From: a virus
Taxonomy: Duplodnaviria; Caudoviricetes
IMG/VR virus record: IMGVR_UViG_3300032373_001178
Coordinates: 1-44,175 of that record
Reading direction: 5' to 3' (one strand)
Length of the DNA stretch: 44,175 nt
How positions within the stretch are numbered: position 1 is the stretch's first letter; the number at the start of each line of letters is the position of its first letter. Of this stretch, positions 34,957-44,175 are shown piece by piece. Both the position numbers and the translations under genes were made by a program. The notes under the pieces were generated by a model, which did not search any database, was not told the origin of the DNA, and saw nothing but the letters and a program-made list of their open reading frames with translations.

Positions 34957-37900
34957 TGGGAGGATTGCGCGAAATATATAACGGCCTCAGCTCCAAGAAC
35001 GAGGGCTTAAAAACTGCTGGTTTTGAAAAGTTCCAGGTTGACATGCAAAATGATGACAACCTTCGAAAAGTATTTGATGGCCTTGCTTCTAAAAACGAGC
35101 AGCTAGGAGAATACGGCTTCGACAAATTCAAGGCTGATATGTTCCCCGGTCCTGTAGGCGCTGTTAAAAAAAAAGATGGTACGAACCAATCCTCACATGG
35201 CTCAGGCTCCCCTCTCCCTCCTGAACCAAGCGACCCAACTGTTTGGAGCACTATGGACCTTTTTAAAGCGAATGTTAAACTTGGCTCAGAAGTTCCGGAA
35301 CTCAAAGAAGGGCTGATCGGTGCCGAGCCGGACGAGACAGACAAGCAATTGGTTGACGACTATCAAAGCATGTTCAATCAAGACCCTCGTGCCGTTGGGC
35401 TGACACGTCAGGAAATCGAACATGAATTGCGCCTTAGTCATCCAGATTATGAGCCACAAATTTACGCTGGCACTCCCTTCACCATGTTGGATGATGAGAC
35501 ATTTGAACAATTAGGTGAAGAGGAAAAAACAAACCTGCAAAATGAATCTGCCAAACTGCACCAACAAATAAATGACCGCAAGACCTTCGAAGATGCACGA
35601 AAAGTAACCTCCCAAACCATAAAAGAGTACCAAATGACTGACGCTGCATTCGTGCTCATATCAGACGAAGCTGAACACAAAATTCTGGAACAATCCTGGA
35701 CGGAAGGAGGAGGTCAATTCCCCCCATTCCGGCAAGCCTACCAAAGAAAGAAAGATGCTGCATGGAAACGCTTGATAGACCCAACTACCAGCCTACGAAA
35801 AGAAGTGGAATCCGAGGCTGCGCAACATGGTGGAACAGAGGCCATGTTAAACCCCGAAACACGCGATAAGGTTAAAACGGCAGTCCTCAACAAGCGATTG
35901 CACTATGGAGTAAACATGCTCTCTCCAGAGCACCGACAACTATACGCATTACAGGGACAGCGCTCCACCTTACTCCAACGACTACAGGAACCAATGAATC
36001 CAGCTGATCAGGTTACGCTAACTAGCCAGCTCGATGAACTAAACGCCCAAATTGAAAACTCCAGAGAAGCGGTCCCTGCATTGTTCGACCCGGCCACCGG
36101 TGAATATTTAGACCCGGAAGATGCGGATGACGAAAAGGTCCAACGCGCCCAAGCCTATGAAAAGGACATTCAAAAGCTCATGGTACGGTACGAGGATACT
36201 GACCTCGGTTCATTGGTCAATTCATGGAACCAACTGCAAAGCAAACTCAAATATGTTGAACAGCACCTTGGAAACCAAGCTACCATAGAGGTTCCTGGAA
36301 ACGACAATATAAGTGTTAGCGATGTGTATGAGCTGAAACGATATACGGAGAAAAAAGGGGCAGGATTTGGGATGCCATTAGGTGGAGATGCAGCAACAAA
36401 AATCACGAAATACACAGATGTTCTCCTTGAAACAAGAAAGAAATTTGATGCCGTAAATCGGACCCTGTTACTAAACATGGACCCTGGCAGCGTTCAAAAG
36501 AATGCAGGTTCTCTTTTCCTGGAATATGCTGCCGAAGGTTTTGGATTCGACATCAAAACGGACGTGGATTGGGTCGAGACTTATGTTGCCGCAATAAAGG
36601 AAACTGGAGGTACTTTGACCAAAGCCCAAGAAGAGGCAGCTAAAGATGAGCTTAAACATACTGCGGCAAAGGGGTTCGGTGCCTCTGTACGTCCAATGCT
36701 GGAAATCATGGTTACCTCCTACGGTATCGGAGCTGTGGGCCGCATCCCCATGATTGCAAAATACAGCAACATGTTAAAAGCCGGAATGGTCCAACGGTGG
36801 GGCAAACGTGGGGAACTGGCGTACAACGTCACCAAGGGACAATTACAAGGCACACTATCATTTGGCCTCACTTCCGATGAAAATTTATCGGCCATGATGG
36901 GAACAGGAGAAGGCACGGTGCAAGGTGTCTTGGATCACCTTAATGTTGAGAAATTTTTTCGAAAATCAAAGTGGGGTAAAGTTGCGGAGTTCGGGATGCG
37001 GCTTGGTTTTGGGACCACGACCGAGACTATTCAGGAGTTCGCTGGCGACTACCTGGACAACCTCAGCAGCTATAATTATAATTGGGAACTGGCATTTGAC
37101 GAAACCTTCGGACGGGAACCGGAAGACTTTATAGATAAACTGGTATTGACCGGGCTATTGTCTGCTGGATTTTCCGGGGCATTTAATGCCAAATATCTTG
37201 CCCAGGTGCGAACAGTAGTTGCCAATTCTGAAAGTCCACACAAAGAGGAATTATTGAATCAAATTGACACGGCTGTTCAGGAGCAAGAGCAATCAAACGC
37301 ATCTCCGGAAGAAAGCACAGAACCCGCTCAGGAGGAAACGGCAGAACAAGCACGGGCAAGCGGGGAGATTCAACCCCAAGAGGAGCCACAATTGGATATT
37401 TCTACCTTACCAAAAGACGAGCACCGGCAATTTACTCCAGAAGAAGAACAACAGGTAAAATCCAACTTTGAAGCCAGTGGCCTCACTCCACCAGTTACCG
37501 CAACAGAGGTTATTTCAACAGGCAGGCCAGTCATAGATTTAGCGAATAGGTGGGATGAGGTTTACGGAGAGTATGAGGAAATAATTGAGCAGCCCCGAAC
37601 GGAGCGCATCCAGGCAATCGAAACGGAAATTGATGGACTAAAAGACAAACGTAAGAAAACAGACAGGGAGCAGCGGAAAGCATTAAAAGAGGAGATTGTA
37701 ACCCTCACAGAGGAAATTGAATTTGGGCGGGGAATAATCGAACAGGAAGCACTTTCGTTTCAGGATCAGGTTATGGATTATGCCAAGCAGAGGGCCAGAG
37801 AGATGGGGCATAATTATGACGGTTTGGAAGCATTCGAGAAAGGTCAATTCATGGATGGCCTCAGTCAAGCCCTATTCGATAATCGAATGGTTGAAAATCA

Positions 37901-40900
37901 CCATAACCAACCTGCAAGGGATGTAATTGACTTTCTTGTTGATGACCATTTCAGCTCCCGCAATAAAGCGGAACCCACGAAACAAAACCCCAGCTCTGAT
38001 CCTATCAAATCGGTAGGAGACCCTTCTATAAATGAAGGTTTTTTGAACAGCCAGGTCAACCGGGGTAAAAAGACAAAAATCCGGCTTCCAAATGGCGAAA
38101 TGCGAGAATCAGAATTTGCATTGGTCGATGCCGATAAAATTTTGGCCTCACATGATGAGGTGAACTTTAACAACACAAAAGGCTACCCAACCCAAGGTGG
38201 AAGAAGTGTCAACCCAAGAAACTACAAGGCCGACCAAAACGCCCAAGGTCAAATCGACCAAATTGCTAAAAACCTAGACCCTTTTGAAATTATATCAAAT
38301 GCCGCCAATCCATCTACGGGAACACCTATAATTACCCCCGATGGAATCGTAGTTTCTGGCAACGGGCGAACCATGTCCATCAAACGGGCCATTAAATCCA
38401 ATCCAGAGGGGTATGCAGCATACGTCAACCACCTCAAAGGAGATATTGGCACCTACGGCCTGACAGAGGAGCAACTTGCCCAACACACCAACCCCATCCT
38501 GGTTAGAGTAGACAACAGCCTTTCAGAATACTCACCAAAGGAGCTGGACCGATACAACAAGCAATCCCAAAAGGAAGAGGCCAACATTGACAAAGTTGTC
38601 AAAATCGGCAAAATACTTAGCGACAATCCAGAAGGTAGAGGTCGAATTATGGAAGTCATTAGCCGTTACGATACGATGTCTGATTTCTTTAGCGACCGCA
38701 AGGCTCAGGAGACGGTTATGAAGCTCCTCCAAAACGAGGAAATTTTGCTTGACAACGAGTTGAGCAAGTACCTGGACACTGACGGCACTTTCAATAGAGA
38801 TGGAAAGGAACTCGTTCAGGACTCATTGCTTGGGCTTGTGCTGGACGAAGATACCTTGCGGGTATCAGAAATTCAAGGCGTAAAGAGCTTCCGAAGAAAT
38901 GTTGTAAACGCGATACCCGCACTTACCAAGAACTACACACTTGGAGAATACAGCTTACAAACTGAGCTGAACAAAGCAATTCAATTACAAGCTCAATTTC
39001 AACAATCAGGAATTGATGATTTCGCTACATTTGTGGCCCAACATGATCTATTTGAGGGATTGGCCGATGCAAATGTCATCAAAGTCAATCGAATGGTTAG
39101 CACCGGACCGAAGAGGTTCAAAAAAATGGTGCAGGTTTACAACCAATCGGCTGAACTCAGCTCCCAAGGTGGTGGATTATTTGGAGAAAGTGAAGTACTC
39201 GACAAAGAACAAATCTTAACTGGTCTAAATGACTCCAGCAGTAAACAATCAAGCACACAAAACCCAACTCCTGAACAACCTGGTAAAGGAGCACCTGACC
39301 CCACAGGAAAGGGAGGAACTGACCAAAGCATTGGCCAGTCTGCCAAAGAAGCAACCGATTCCCAAGAGGTAAGCGAGGCCGACACCGGCAGCAGCTCCCG
39401 GACGCTCGAAAATCAAATCAATGAAATTACATCCCGGTCAGACGAAACGTTTGATCAGGTTTCCAGCCAAGGTCTTAGCTCAGGTCGAATCAAGCGACCT
39501 CCGATAAATAAAACTGAGCTTCAGCAGCAAATACAATTTGCTGATTCCACTGTAGAAGATCGGTTCCGTGAGGCTGAGAAACTCCATGGCCCCGCAGAAT
39601 CTACCTGGACTAAATCCCGCGATTGGACCAAATCCACTTTACGCAACTTCCAGCGGCATTTTAAGCACCTCAACCCTCGCAAGTTCCCGGAACTGGCCAA
39701 TAAGTTGCGCGTTTTTGAAAGCCTTTCCGACTACAGCAAGGTTAAATCTGAGCAGTATGTTAAGGGGATATTGGAACCGCTGACCTCGGAGCAAAAGGAC
39801 ATCCTTGTACGAAGAATCATTTTAGAGGATTTAATCTATGGCGTTGATGGAGGCAAAGAAGTAGAACAAAAGCTCCCTTTCGGTTTCAAATCAAGGGATG
39901 AAGTTCAATCTGAACTGAACAAGTTTGTCCTGCTTATGGACCAGGAACCGGAAGCCCAAAAAGCCTACGATGCCCGTACCGGTTTTATGAAAGAACTATA
40001 TGAGCAAATGGTCAACAAAAACGTCATCGCTGACCAGGGCAACTATCAATCCTACTACCATCGAAGGGTCTTGCAGTACATACACGATGATGTGCAACAA
40101 CAGGTTATTCACGGCAAACGACTGACCAAAGCGCAGCGTAACTTTATGAAGCAACGGACCGGAACAATGGGCAAAGATTACAGCACCAATTTTCTGGAAA
40201 GTGAGTTTAGGGTGGTTGCCGATGCCCTTTTTGAGATTAAGAAAAAAGAGACTTTCGATGCCATTTTTGAACCGTATCAAACCCAACTCAAAGAGCTAAA
40301 ACAGCAGGCGGCAATTGCCTACGACTACAAGCTAAAACAACTCAAAAAACAGTTTGATTCGAGCGACAAAATCATCCAGGTATTTCAGGAAAAACGCAGC
40401 AGCTTCATTCAGGGGTTTATAGCCCAAAACAAGCCGGAGGGCTACACCGTTTATCAGCCCTCTCCTGGCAACAACCTTTTCAGACAATCAATGGTCACTC
40501 AGGGCCAGATAGAGGGCACGTTAGAGTACCTTAAAACTGAATTGGACCTGGTTAGCGCAGTCTCCATATTGGAACTGCTGGCCGCTGGCAGCTCCGACTT
40601 TCTGGTCGTTGGGGGCAAAAAAACGCAATACCTCATCCCGGAGGAGCTTGCAGCAACATTAGAGGACATTGGCTCACCACGCGCGGAGGTCACAAATTTG
40701 GAAAAGCTGTTTCGGGGGGCCACAACTTCTTGGAAAGCCTACGTGCTGCTTAACCCCAAAAGGGTGGTCAAATACAACATTAACAACATGATTGGCGACC
40801 TCGATGGAGTCCTGGCAGCCGACCCGACCATCTTAAAACATGGGCAAAGGGCTTGGAAAGAAATATTCCAGTACGCTCAAACCGGCAAAGTGAACAACCT

Positions 40901-42407
40901 AATGAATGCGGCTCTTGAACAGGCCGTGATAGATAGCGGTTTCGATCTCACCGAACTGTCTGACATTAACAAACAGAAATGGGCCAAATACTTCAACAGG
41001 AAAAAGGTAACACTTGCTGACTTAGCAGACAAAAACTCAATAAGGGAAATGGTTGCTTCGGCAAATCCAGTAAGCGTCTATTACAATTGGGTAAGAAAAT
41101 GGACCGGGGTACGAGAGAATTGGTTGAGATACGCTGCCTTTTCAAGAGCTGTAGAAAAAATTGACAATGGAGATAGCTTCTATTGGGCAAGTGACCCGAA
41201 ACAGATAGATGCCATCACTGACAAATACGAAAAGGCAGGGAAGCTCTCCAGAGAGGCATTGGGCGATTACGGCAACATCAGCGAAACGGGCCAATACATT
41301 CGCAAGCACCTGATTCCATTTTACAGTTGGATGGAAATAAATATGGGCCGTTATGTACGTCTGTTGCGCAATACCGCCTCCCCGAAAGCGCAAGCACGGA
41401 TAGCTGGTATTGCCTTGGGTAGAGGCGTTGCAAAATTATCAGTCAAAACGATCACTGGGTTGGCCCAATTGGGCATTCTTACCGCTGCCATCGCAGCTTG
41501 GAACCGGATGGCATTTCCCGATGAGGACGATGAGCTAAGAGGAGCCGATGCCAGGGGAATGCACATCATCTTAGGTCGCAATGATGCCGGTCAACCAATC
41601 AGCATTCCGGTCGTGGGAGCTTTTTACGACTTTGCCGACTTCTTCGGAATACCTGACCTGTACGAAGAACTAAACATGATGCTGTCGGGACAATCTGAAC
41701 GGGGAATGTCTGAGGCGGGTGAGACTATCCTAAAGGCTCCCATCAACAAAATTTGGCAGGGTGTGACCCCTTTGGTTAAAAGCCCAACAGAATTTGTTAG
41801 CGGACAAGAAACCTTCCCAAGTGTCTTCGAAAGAAGGCCCATCAAGGACCGAACTGAAAAGCTGGCTCGTATGTTTTCACTTGACCAGGAGTATCGCGCA
41901 ATAGCTGGAAAACCATCAAGGCACAAATACTGGGATTGGGAAACTGCCACCAACCTCGCAATCCGATCTTTCGATGTTGAACAAGCAGCCTATTGGCAGA
42001 CTATCGCCCTGATTGGAAAAGAACGCGGCTTCCTTTCAGGTTCCGACCCTGGGAACCCTGAGATAGCAGCACGAAAAGAAGCCCTTTATCATTTTGGTGC
42101 TTCCCTCAGATACGGCCTCGATGAGGAGGCTAGTACCTGGTTAGAAAAGTACTATGAACATGACGGCACTTTGCGCGGATTGCGAACCTCTCTAGCCACC
42201 CGTCACCCACTCCACCGATTGAGCAAAGAAGAAAAAGCCGATGTCAATCGGATTCTGAAAGGTGAAGCCGCCAAATCTGAATTTGGGAAGAAGCTAAACG
42301 ACTTTGAGGTTGCCCGTATCCGCATGGCCATCGACTACTACGAAAAGACTTTTGGAGCTGGTCAAAGGAAACTCCAATCAATTATCGAGGATGTCAAACC
42401 CAAATAA
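34956..42407 (+). CDS. Giant polyvalent/ejection protein with DdrB-like ParB domain
   Basis: 2483 aa; ASHD...NPRNY...LDP...GTPII..DG.V.SGNGR at about aa 1040-1200; C-terminal LGDYG...IPFYSW...AWN region typical of large polyvalent proteins. Confidence 0.75.
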   Translation: MGGLREIYNGLSSKNEGLKTAGFEKFQVDMQNDDNLRKVFDGLASKNEQLGEYGFDKFKADMFPGPVGAVKKKDGTNQSSHGSGSPLPPEPSDPTVWSTMDLFKANVKLGSEVPELKEGLIGAEPDETDKQLVDDYQSMFNQDPRAVGLTRQEIEHELRLSHPDYEPQIYAGTPFTMLDDETFEQLGEEEKTNLQNESAKLHQQINDRKTFEDARKVTSQTIKEYQMTDAAFVLISDEAEHKILEQSWTEGGGQFPPFRQAYQRKKDAAWKRLIDPTTSLRKEVESEAAQHGGTEAMLNPETRDKVKTAVLNKRLHYGVNMLSPEHRQLYALQGQRSTLLQRLQEPMNPADQVTLTSQLDELNAQIENSREAVPALFDPATGEYLDPEDADDEKVQRAQAYEKDIQKLMVRYEDTDLGSLVNSWNQLQSKLKYVEQHLGNQATIEVPGNDNISVSDVYELKRYTEKKGAGFGMPLGGDAATKITKYTDVLLETRKKFDAVNRTLLLNMDPGSVQKNAGSLFLEYAAEGFGFDIKTDVDWVETYVAAIKETGGTLTKAQEEAAKDELKHTAAKGFGASVRPMLEIMVTSYGIGAVGRIPMIAKYSNMLKAGMVQRWGKRGELAYNVTKGQLQGTLSFGLTSDENLSAMMGTGEGTVQGVLDHLNVEKFFRKSKWGKVAEFGMRLGFGTTTETIQEFAGDYLDNLSSYNYNWELAFDETFGREPEDFIDKLVLTGLLSAGFSGAFNAKYLAQVRTVVANSESPHKEELLNQIDTAVQEQEQSNASPEESTEPAQEETAEQARASGEIQPQEEPQLDISTLPKDEHRQFTPEEEQQVKSNFEASGLTPPVTATEVISTGRPVIDLANRWDEVYGEYEEIIEQPRTERIQAIETEIDGLKDKRKKTDREQRKALKEEIVTLTEEIEFGRGIIEQEALSFQDQVMDYAKQRAREMGHNYDGLEAFEKGQFMDGLSQALFDNRMVENHHNQPARDVIDFLVDDHFSSRNKAEPTKQNPSSDPIKSVGDPSINEGFLNSQVNRGKKTKIRLPNGEMRESEFALVDADKILASHDEVNFNNTKGYPTQGGRSVNPRNYKADQNAQGQIDQIAKNLDPFEIISNAANPSTGTPIITPDGIVVSGNGRTMSIKRAIKSNPEGYAAYVNHLKGDIGTYGLTEEQLAQHTNPILVRVDNSLSEYSPKELDRYNKQSQKEEANIDKVVKIGKILSDNPEGRGRIMEVISRYDTMSDFFSDRKAQETVMKLLQNEEILLDNELSKYLDTDGTFNRDGKELVQDSLLGLVLDEDTLRVSEIQGVKSFRRNVVNAIPALTKNYTLGEYSLQTELNKAIQLQAQFQQSGIDDFATFVAQHDLFEGLADANVIKVNRMVSTGPKRFKKMVQVYNQSAELSSQGGGLFGESEVLDKEQILTGLNDSSSKQSSTQNPTPEQPGKGAPDPTGKGGTDQSIGQSAKEATDSQEVSEADTGSSSRTLENQINEITSRSDETFDQVSSQGLSSGRIKRPPINKTELQQQIQFADSTVEDRFREAEKLHGPAESTWTKSRDWTKSTLRNFQRHFKHLNPRKFPELANKLRVFESLSDYSKVKSEQYVKGILEPLTSEQKDILVRRIILEDLIYGVDGGKEVEQKLPFGFKSRDEVQSELNKFVLLMDQEPEAQKAYDARTGFMKELYEQMVNKNVIADQGNYQSYYHRRVLQYIHDDVQQQVIHGKRLTKAQRNFMKQRTGTMGKDYSTNFLESEFRVVADALFEIKKKETFDAIFEPYQTQLKELKQQAAIAYDYKLKQLKKQFDSSDKIIQVFQEKRSSFIQGFIAQNKPEGYTVYQPSPGNNLFRQSMVTQGQIEGTLEYLKTELDLVSAVSILELLAAGSSDFLVVGGKKTQYLIPEELAATLEDIGSPRAEVTNLEKLFRGATTSWKAYVLLNPKRVVKYNINNMIGDLDGVLAADPTILKHGQRAWKEIFQYAQTGKVNNLMNAALEQAVIDSGFDLTELSDINKQKWAKYFNRKKVTLADLADKNSIREMVASANPVSVYYNWVRKWTGVRENWLRYAAFSRAVEKIDNGDSFYWASDPKQIDAITDKYEKAGKLSREALGDYGNISETGQYIRKHLIPFYSWMEINMGRYVRLLRNTASPKAQARIAGIALGRGVAKLSVKTITGLAQLGILTAAIAAWNRMAFPDEDDELRGADARGMHIILGRNDAGQPISIPVVGAFYDFADFFGIPDLYEELNMMLSGQSERGMSEAGETILKAPINKIWQGVTPLVKSPTEFVSGQETFPSVFERRPIKDRTEKLARMFSLDQEYRAIAGKPSRHKYWDWETATNLAIRSFDVEQAAYWQTIALIGKERGFLSGSDPGNPEIAARKEALYHFGASLRYGLDEEASTWLEKYYEHDGTLRGLRTSLATRHPLHRLSKEEKADVNRILKGEAAKSEFGKKLNDFEVARIRMAIDYYEKTFGAGQRKLQSIIEDVKPK

Positions 42408-42413
42408 AAAACA

Positions 42414-42947
42414 ATGAAACTCATTCAACTATTCGTCTCCTCTTTTGGCTTCCTGGACATCCGGGATTTTGCGAACTCAATGCTAAAGCCAAAGCTACTA
42501 ATAGTGACCTTGCCGATAGCTGCATTATCAGGAGCAGCCGAGTTGTATTTCGGCCTTAAACTGGTTACGGTGGTGGCCTTCTGCCTCCTACTATCAATGG
42601 AGGTGATAACCGGATTATGGGCATCAAAAATCAAAGGGATACCCATAGAATCAAATAGGGCCAAACGTGCCGGATTTGTAGTTGGGTTTTGGATGATACT
42701 CTTTTTCATACTTCACAGCCTTAAATCCCACTACCCTCCGGAAAGTATTTATTATGATTTGTTCTCTTGGTTGCACAGTACAGAACTGATTTTTGTTTCG
42801 TGCGTGTACCTGATTTCGGTTTGGGAGAACCTGGGTGTAATGTCGGGCAAAAGCAACCAGCCAATGATACATGCCCTCAGACGAAAAATCAACGCCTTTC
42901 TCAATATAGATGAAGGCGACATCAATAACCCAAAATCAAACCTATGA
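42414..42947 (+). CDS. Probable holin
   Basis: 3-4 hydrophobic segments; ITGLWAS and SVWENL motifs; upstream of the lysin candidate. Confidence 0.7.
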   Translation: MKLIQLFVSSFGFLDIRDFANSMLKPKLLIVTLPIAALSGAAELYFGLKLVTVVAFCLLLSMEVITGLWASKIKGIPIESNRAKRAGFVVGFWMILFFILHSLKSHYPPESIYYDLFSWLHSTELIFVSCVYLISVWENLGVMSGKSNQPMIHALRRKINAFLNIDEGDINNPKSNL

Positions 42948-43411
42948 AACTTGAAGTATTGCGCTACAGCAGCCAGGAGGACGATACCCTTGGACTGTTG
43001 CTTATTGACGGCAAATTTGAATGCCACACTTTGGAGGACGAGCACCGAGAAGTAAAAGTAAAAGGTGAAACCCGTATAAATGACGGAACCTACCCAGTCA
43101 CTTTGAGAACTGTGGGTGGTTTCCATTCCAGGTACTCTAACCACAAAAATCAGAAAATACGCTCAATCCACAAGGGTATGCTTTGGATTCGAAATGTGCC
43201 CAATTTTGAATATGTACTTATCCATTGCGGGAATCACGAAGGAAATACCGCTGGCTGTCTTCTGGTGGGTTCAACCGCCAACAACAACAAGTACGAACGT
43301 GGCTTCATTGGGCACAGCATCCTTGCTTACTGTCGAATGTACGTACAAATAATCAAGGCATTGGAGGCTGGCGAGAAAGTCACTATCACCTATAGAACTA
43401 TCGAATCCTGA
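42944..43411 (+). CDS. DUF5675 family protein (putative endolysin)
   Basis: TLG.L.IDG.F.C.TLED...GETRI..GTY...LIHCGN...T.GCLLVG. Confidence 0.8.
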   Translation: MKLEVLRYSSQEDDTLGLLLIDGKFECHTLEDEHREVKVKGETRINDGTYPVTLRTVGGFHSRYSNHKNQKIRSIHKGMLWIRNVPNFEYVLIHCGNHEGNTAGCLLVGSTANNNKYERGFIGHSILAYCRMYVQIIKALEAGEKVTITYRTIES

Positions 43412-43446
43412 AAGGGATTATTTTTAACCAAACCCCATCATAAACT

Positions 43447-43695
43447 ATGGCATCATTGTTAGGAGAATTAGTAAAAAACAAACTCAAGCGGGTTGGAAAA
43501 GGGCTGGTCAACGAGCTGCCCATTGTTGGTAGCGTCAAGGCCAATGTCCAATCGCCTGACGGGGGCAAAGGAAAAGTGGACACGTACCAATTGGTAGGAA
43601 CGCTTTTGATTCCTCTTGCCCTTATCGGCCTCCTTGCGTTTGGAGTAATTGACAAGGAAACATTGGAATGGCTGTACGGCCTTTTTGGTGACTGA
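43447..43695 (+). CDS. Small membrane protein (lysis accessory?)
   Basis: 82 aa, amphipathic N-terminus, one C-terminal transmembrane segment. Confidence 0.6.
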   Translation: MASLLGELVKNKLKRVGKGLVNELPIVGSVKANVQSPDGGKGKVDTYQLVGTLLIPLALIGLLAFGVIDKETLEWLYGLFGD

Positions 43696-43732
43696 GTAAT
43701 TACAACTACATACGAATTTTGGAAATGTTAGG

Positions 43733-43751
43733 AGGGGCGAAAGCCCCTTTT
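43733..43751 (+). terminator. Intrinsic terminator ending the lysis cassette
   Basis: AGGGGC-GAAA-GCCCCT-TTT. Confidence 0.7.
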
Positions 43752-43785
43752 CCATTGGACGAAAAATTTGTAATTTGCTTTAAAT

Positions 43786-44175
43786 ATGCGACTCTTTATT
43801 CTTTCCGGGTTAATTGCCACCGCTCTCGCCTTCGGTTCCTGTACGAGTACCAAAGAAATCATGGATTCCTGGTTAGGTCACACGAAACATGATCTTGCGA
43901 TGAAATGGGGGCCACCAGCACGAACGGCCCCTGACGGCAATGGAGGTGAGATTTTGGTCTACGCGAACCAAGTTTACATTCCTGCCAGTAGAGGCATCAC
44001 CACCGCCAACACGTCTAATGGCACAACCTCCACAGGTCCGGGCAGACCAGCTCAAACTTATTGGGATTACAAAATGATGTTTGTCAACAAGGAAGGAAAA
44101 ATCTACCACTGGCTTACTCAGAGGCAGCAGATACCTCCTCAACAAATAGACCTCAACGTTTACTTTAGGAATTAG
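43786..44175 (+). CDS. Lipoprotein (possible moron or host gene)
   Basis: Signal peptide II MRLFILSGLIATALAFGS-C; SWLG....L...WGPP motif. Confidence 0.75.
   Translation: MRLFILSGLIATALAFGSCTSTKEIMDSWLGHTKHDLAMKWGPPARTAPDGNGGEILVYANQVYIPASRGITTANTSNGTTSTGPGRPAQTYWDYKMMFVNKEGKIYHWLTQRQQIPPQQIDLNVYFRN

Larger units (their letters stand above)
1..44175. mobile_element. Tailed phage/prophage segment (Bacteroidetes podovirus-like); ends not visible
   Basis: Terminase-portal-scaffold-capsid-tail-ejection-lysis gene order, no tape measure or sheath. A-rich, mostly SD-less start regions as in Bacteroidetes. Divergent accessory arm. Confidence 0.9.

Noticed and set aside
40785-40812. GDLDG as an RNA polymerase active site
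   Set aside because: It lacks the third Asp and sits in a helical NP..N..D context typical of polyvalent-protein C-termini.
11683-43695. Stop-codon reassignment as in some crAss-like phages
   Set aside because: Long genes are intact and tightly packed under the standard code, with TAA, TAG and TGA all used as stops.
76-44145. Numerous short antisense or nested ORFs in the six-frame track
   Set aside because: They overlap longer, motif-bearing genes and show no recognisable protein features.

Overview
This window looks like most of a Bacteroidetes-type podovirus or prophage, with a crAss-like/Flavobacterial-podophage style virion module. It has two divergent arms. The minus-strand arm (1-10.06 kb) is a run of about 20 short accessory genes: JAB/RadC, J-domain, DUF3560, a frameshifted N6-adenine methyltransferase, two paralogue pairs and many hypotheticals. 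The plus-strand arm (11.7-44.2 kb) encodes a GroES-like protein, a nuclease, terminase, portal, scaffold-like protein, major capsid, tail/ring/fibre proteins, three probable ejection proteins (including a 2483-aa polyvalent protein with a DdrB-like ParB domain), a lysis cassette and a lipoprotein. No integrase, replication genes or RNA polymerase were recognised. The most striking signal is non-coding and lies on the left arm. A 10-14 nt motif, (CU)AAUAAACGAC(AC), sits 3-6 nt before the AUG of 9 genes. A roughly 450-nt structured leader carries an rrn-style boxB-boxA and ends in a non-canonical tRNA-like cloverleaf. At least three intrinsic terminators lie inside the co-directional gene run, with no obvious promoter after them. 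Together these suggest an RNA-level antitermination/processing/translation control system, or a gene-cassette shuffling system. All family assignments come from visual motif recognition only; no searches were run.
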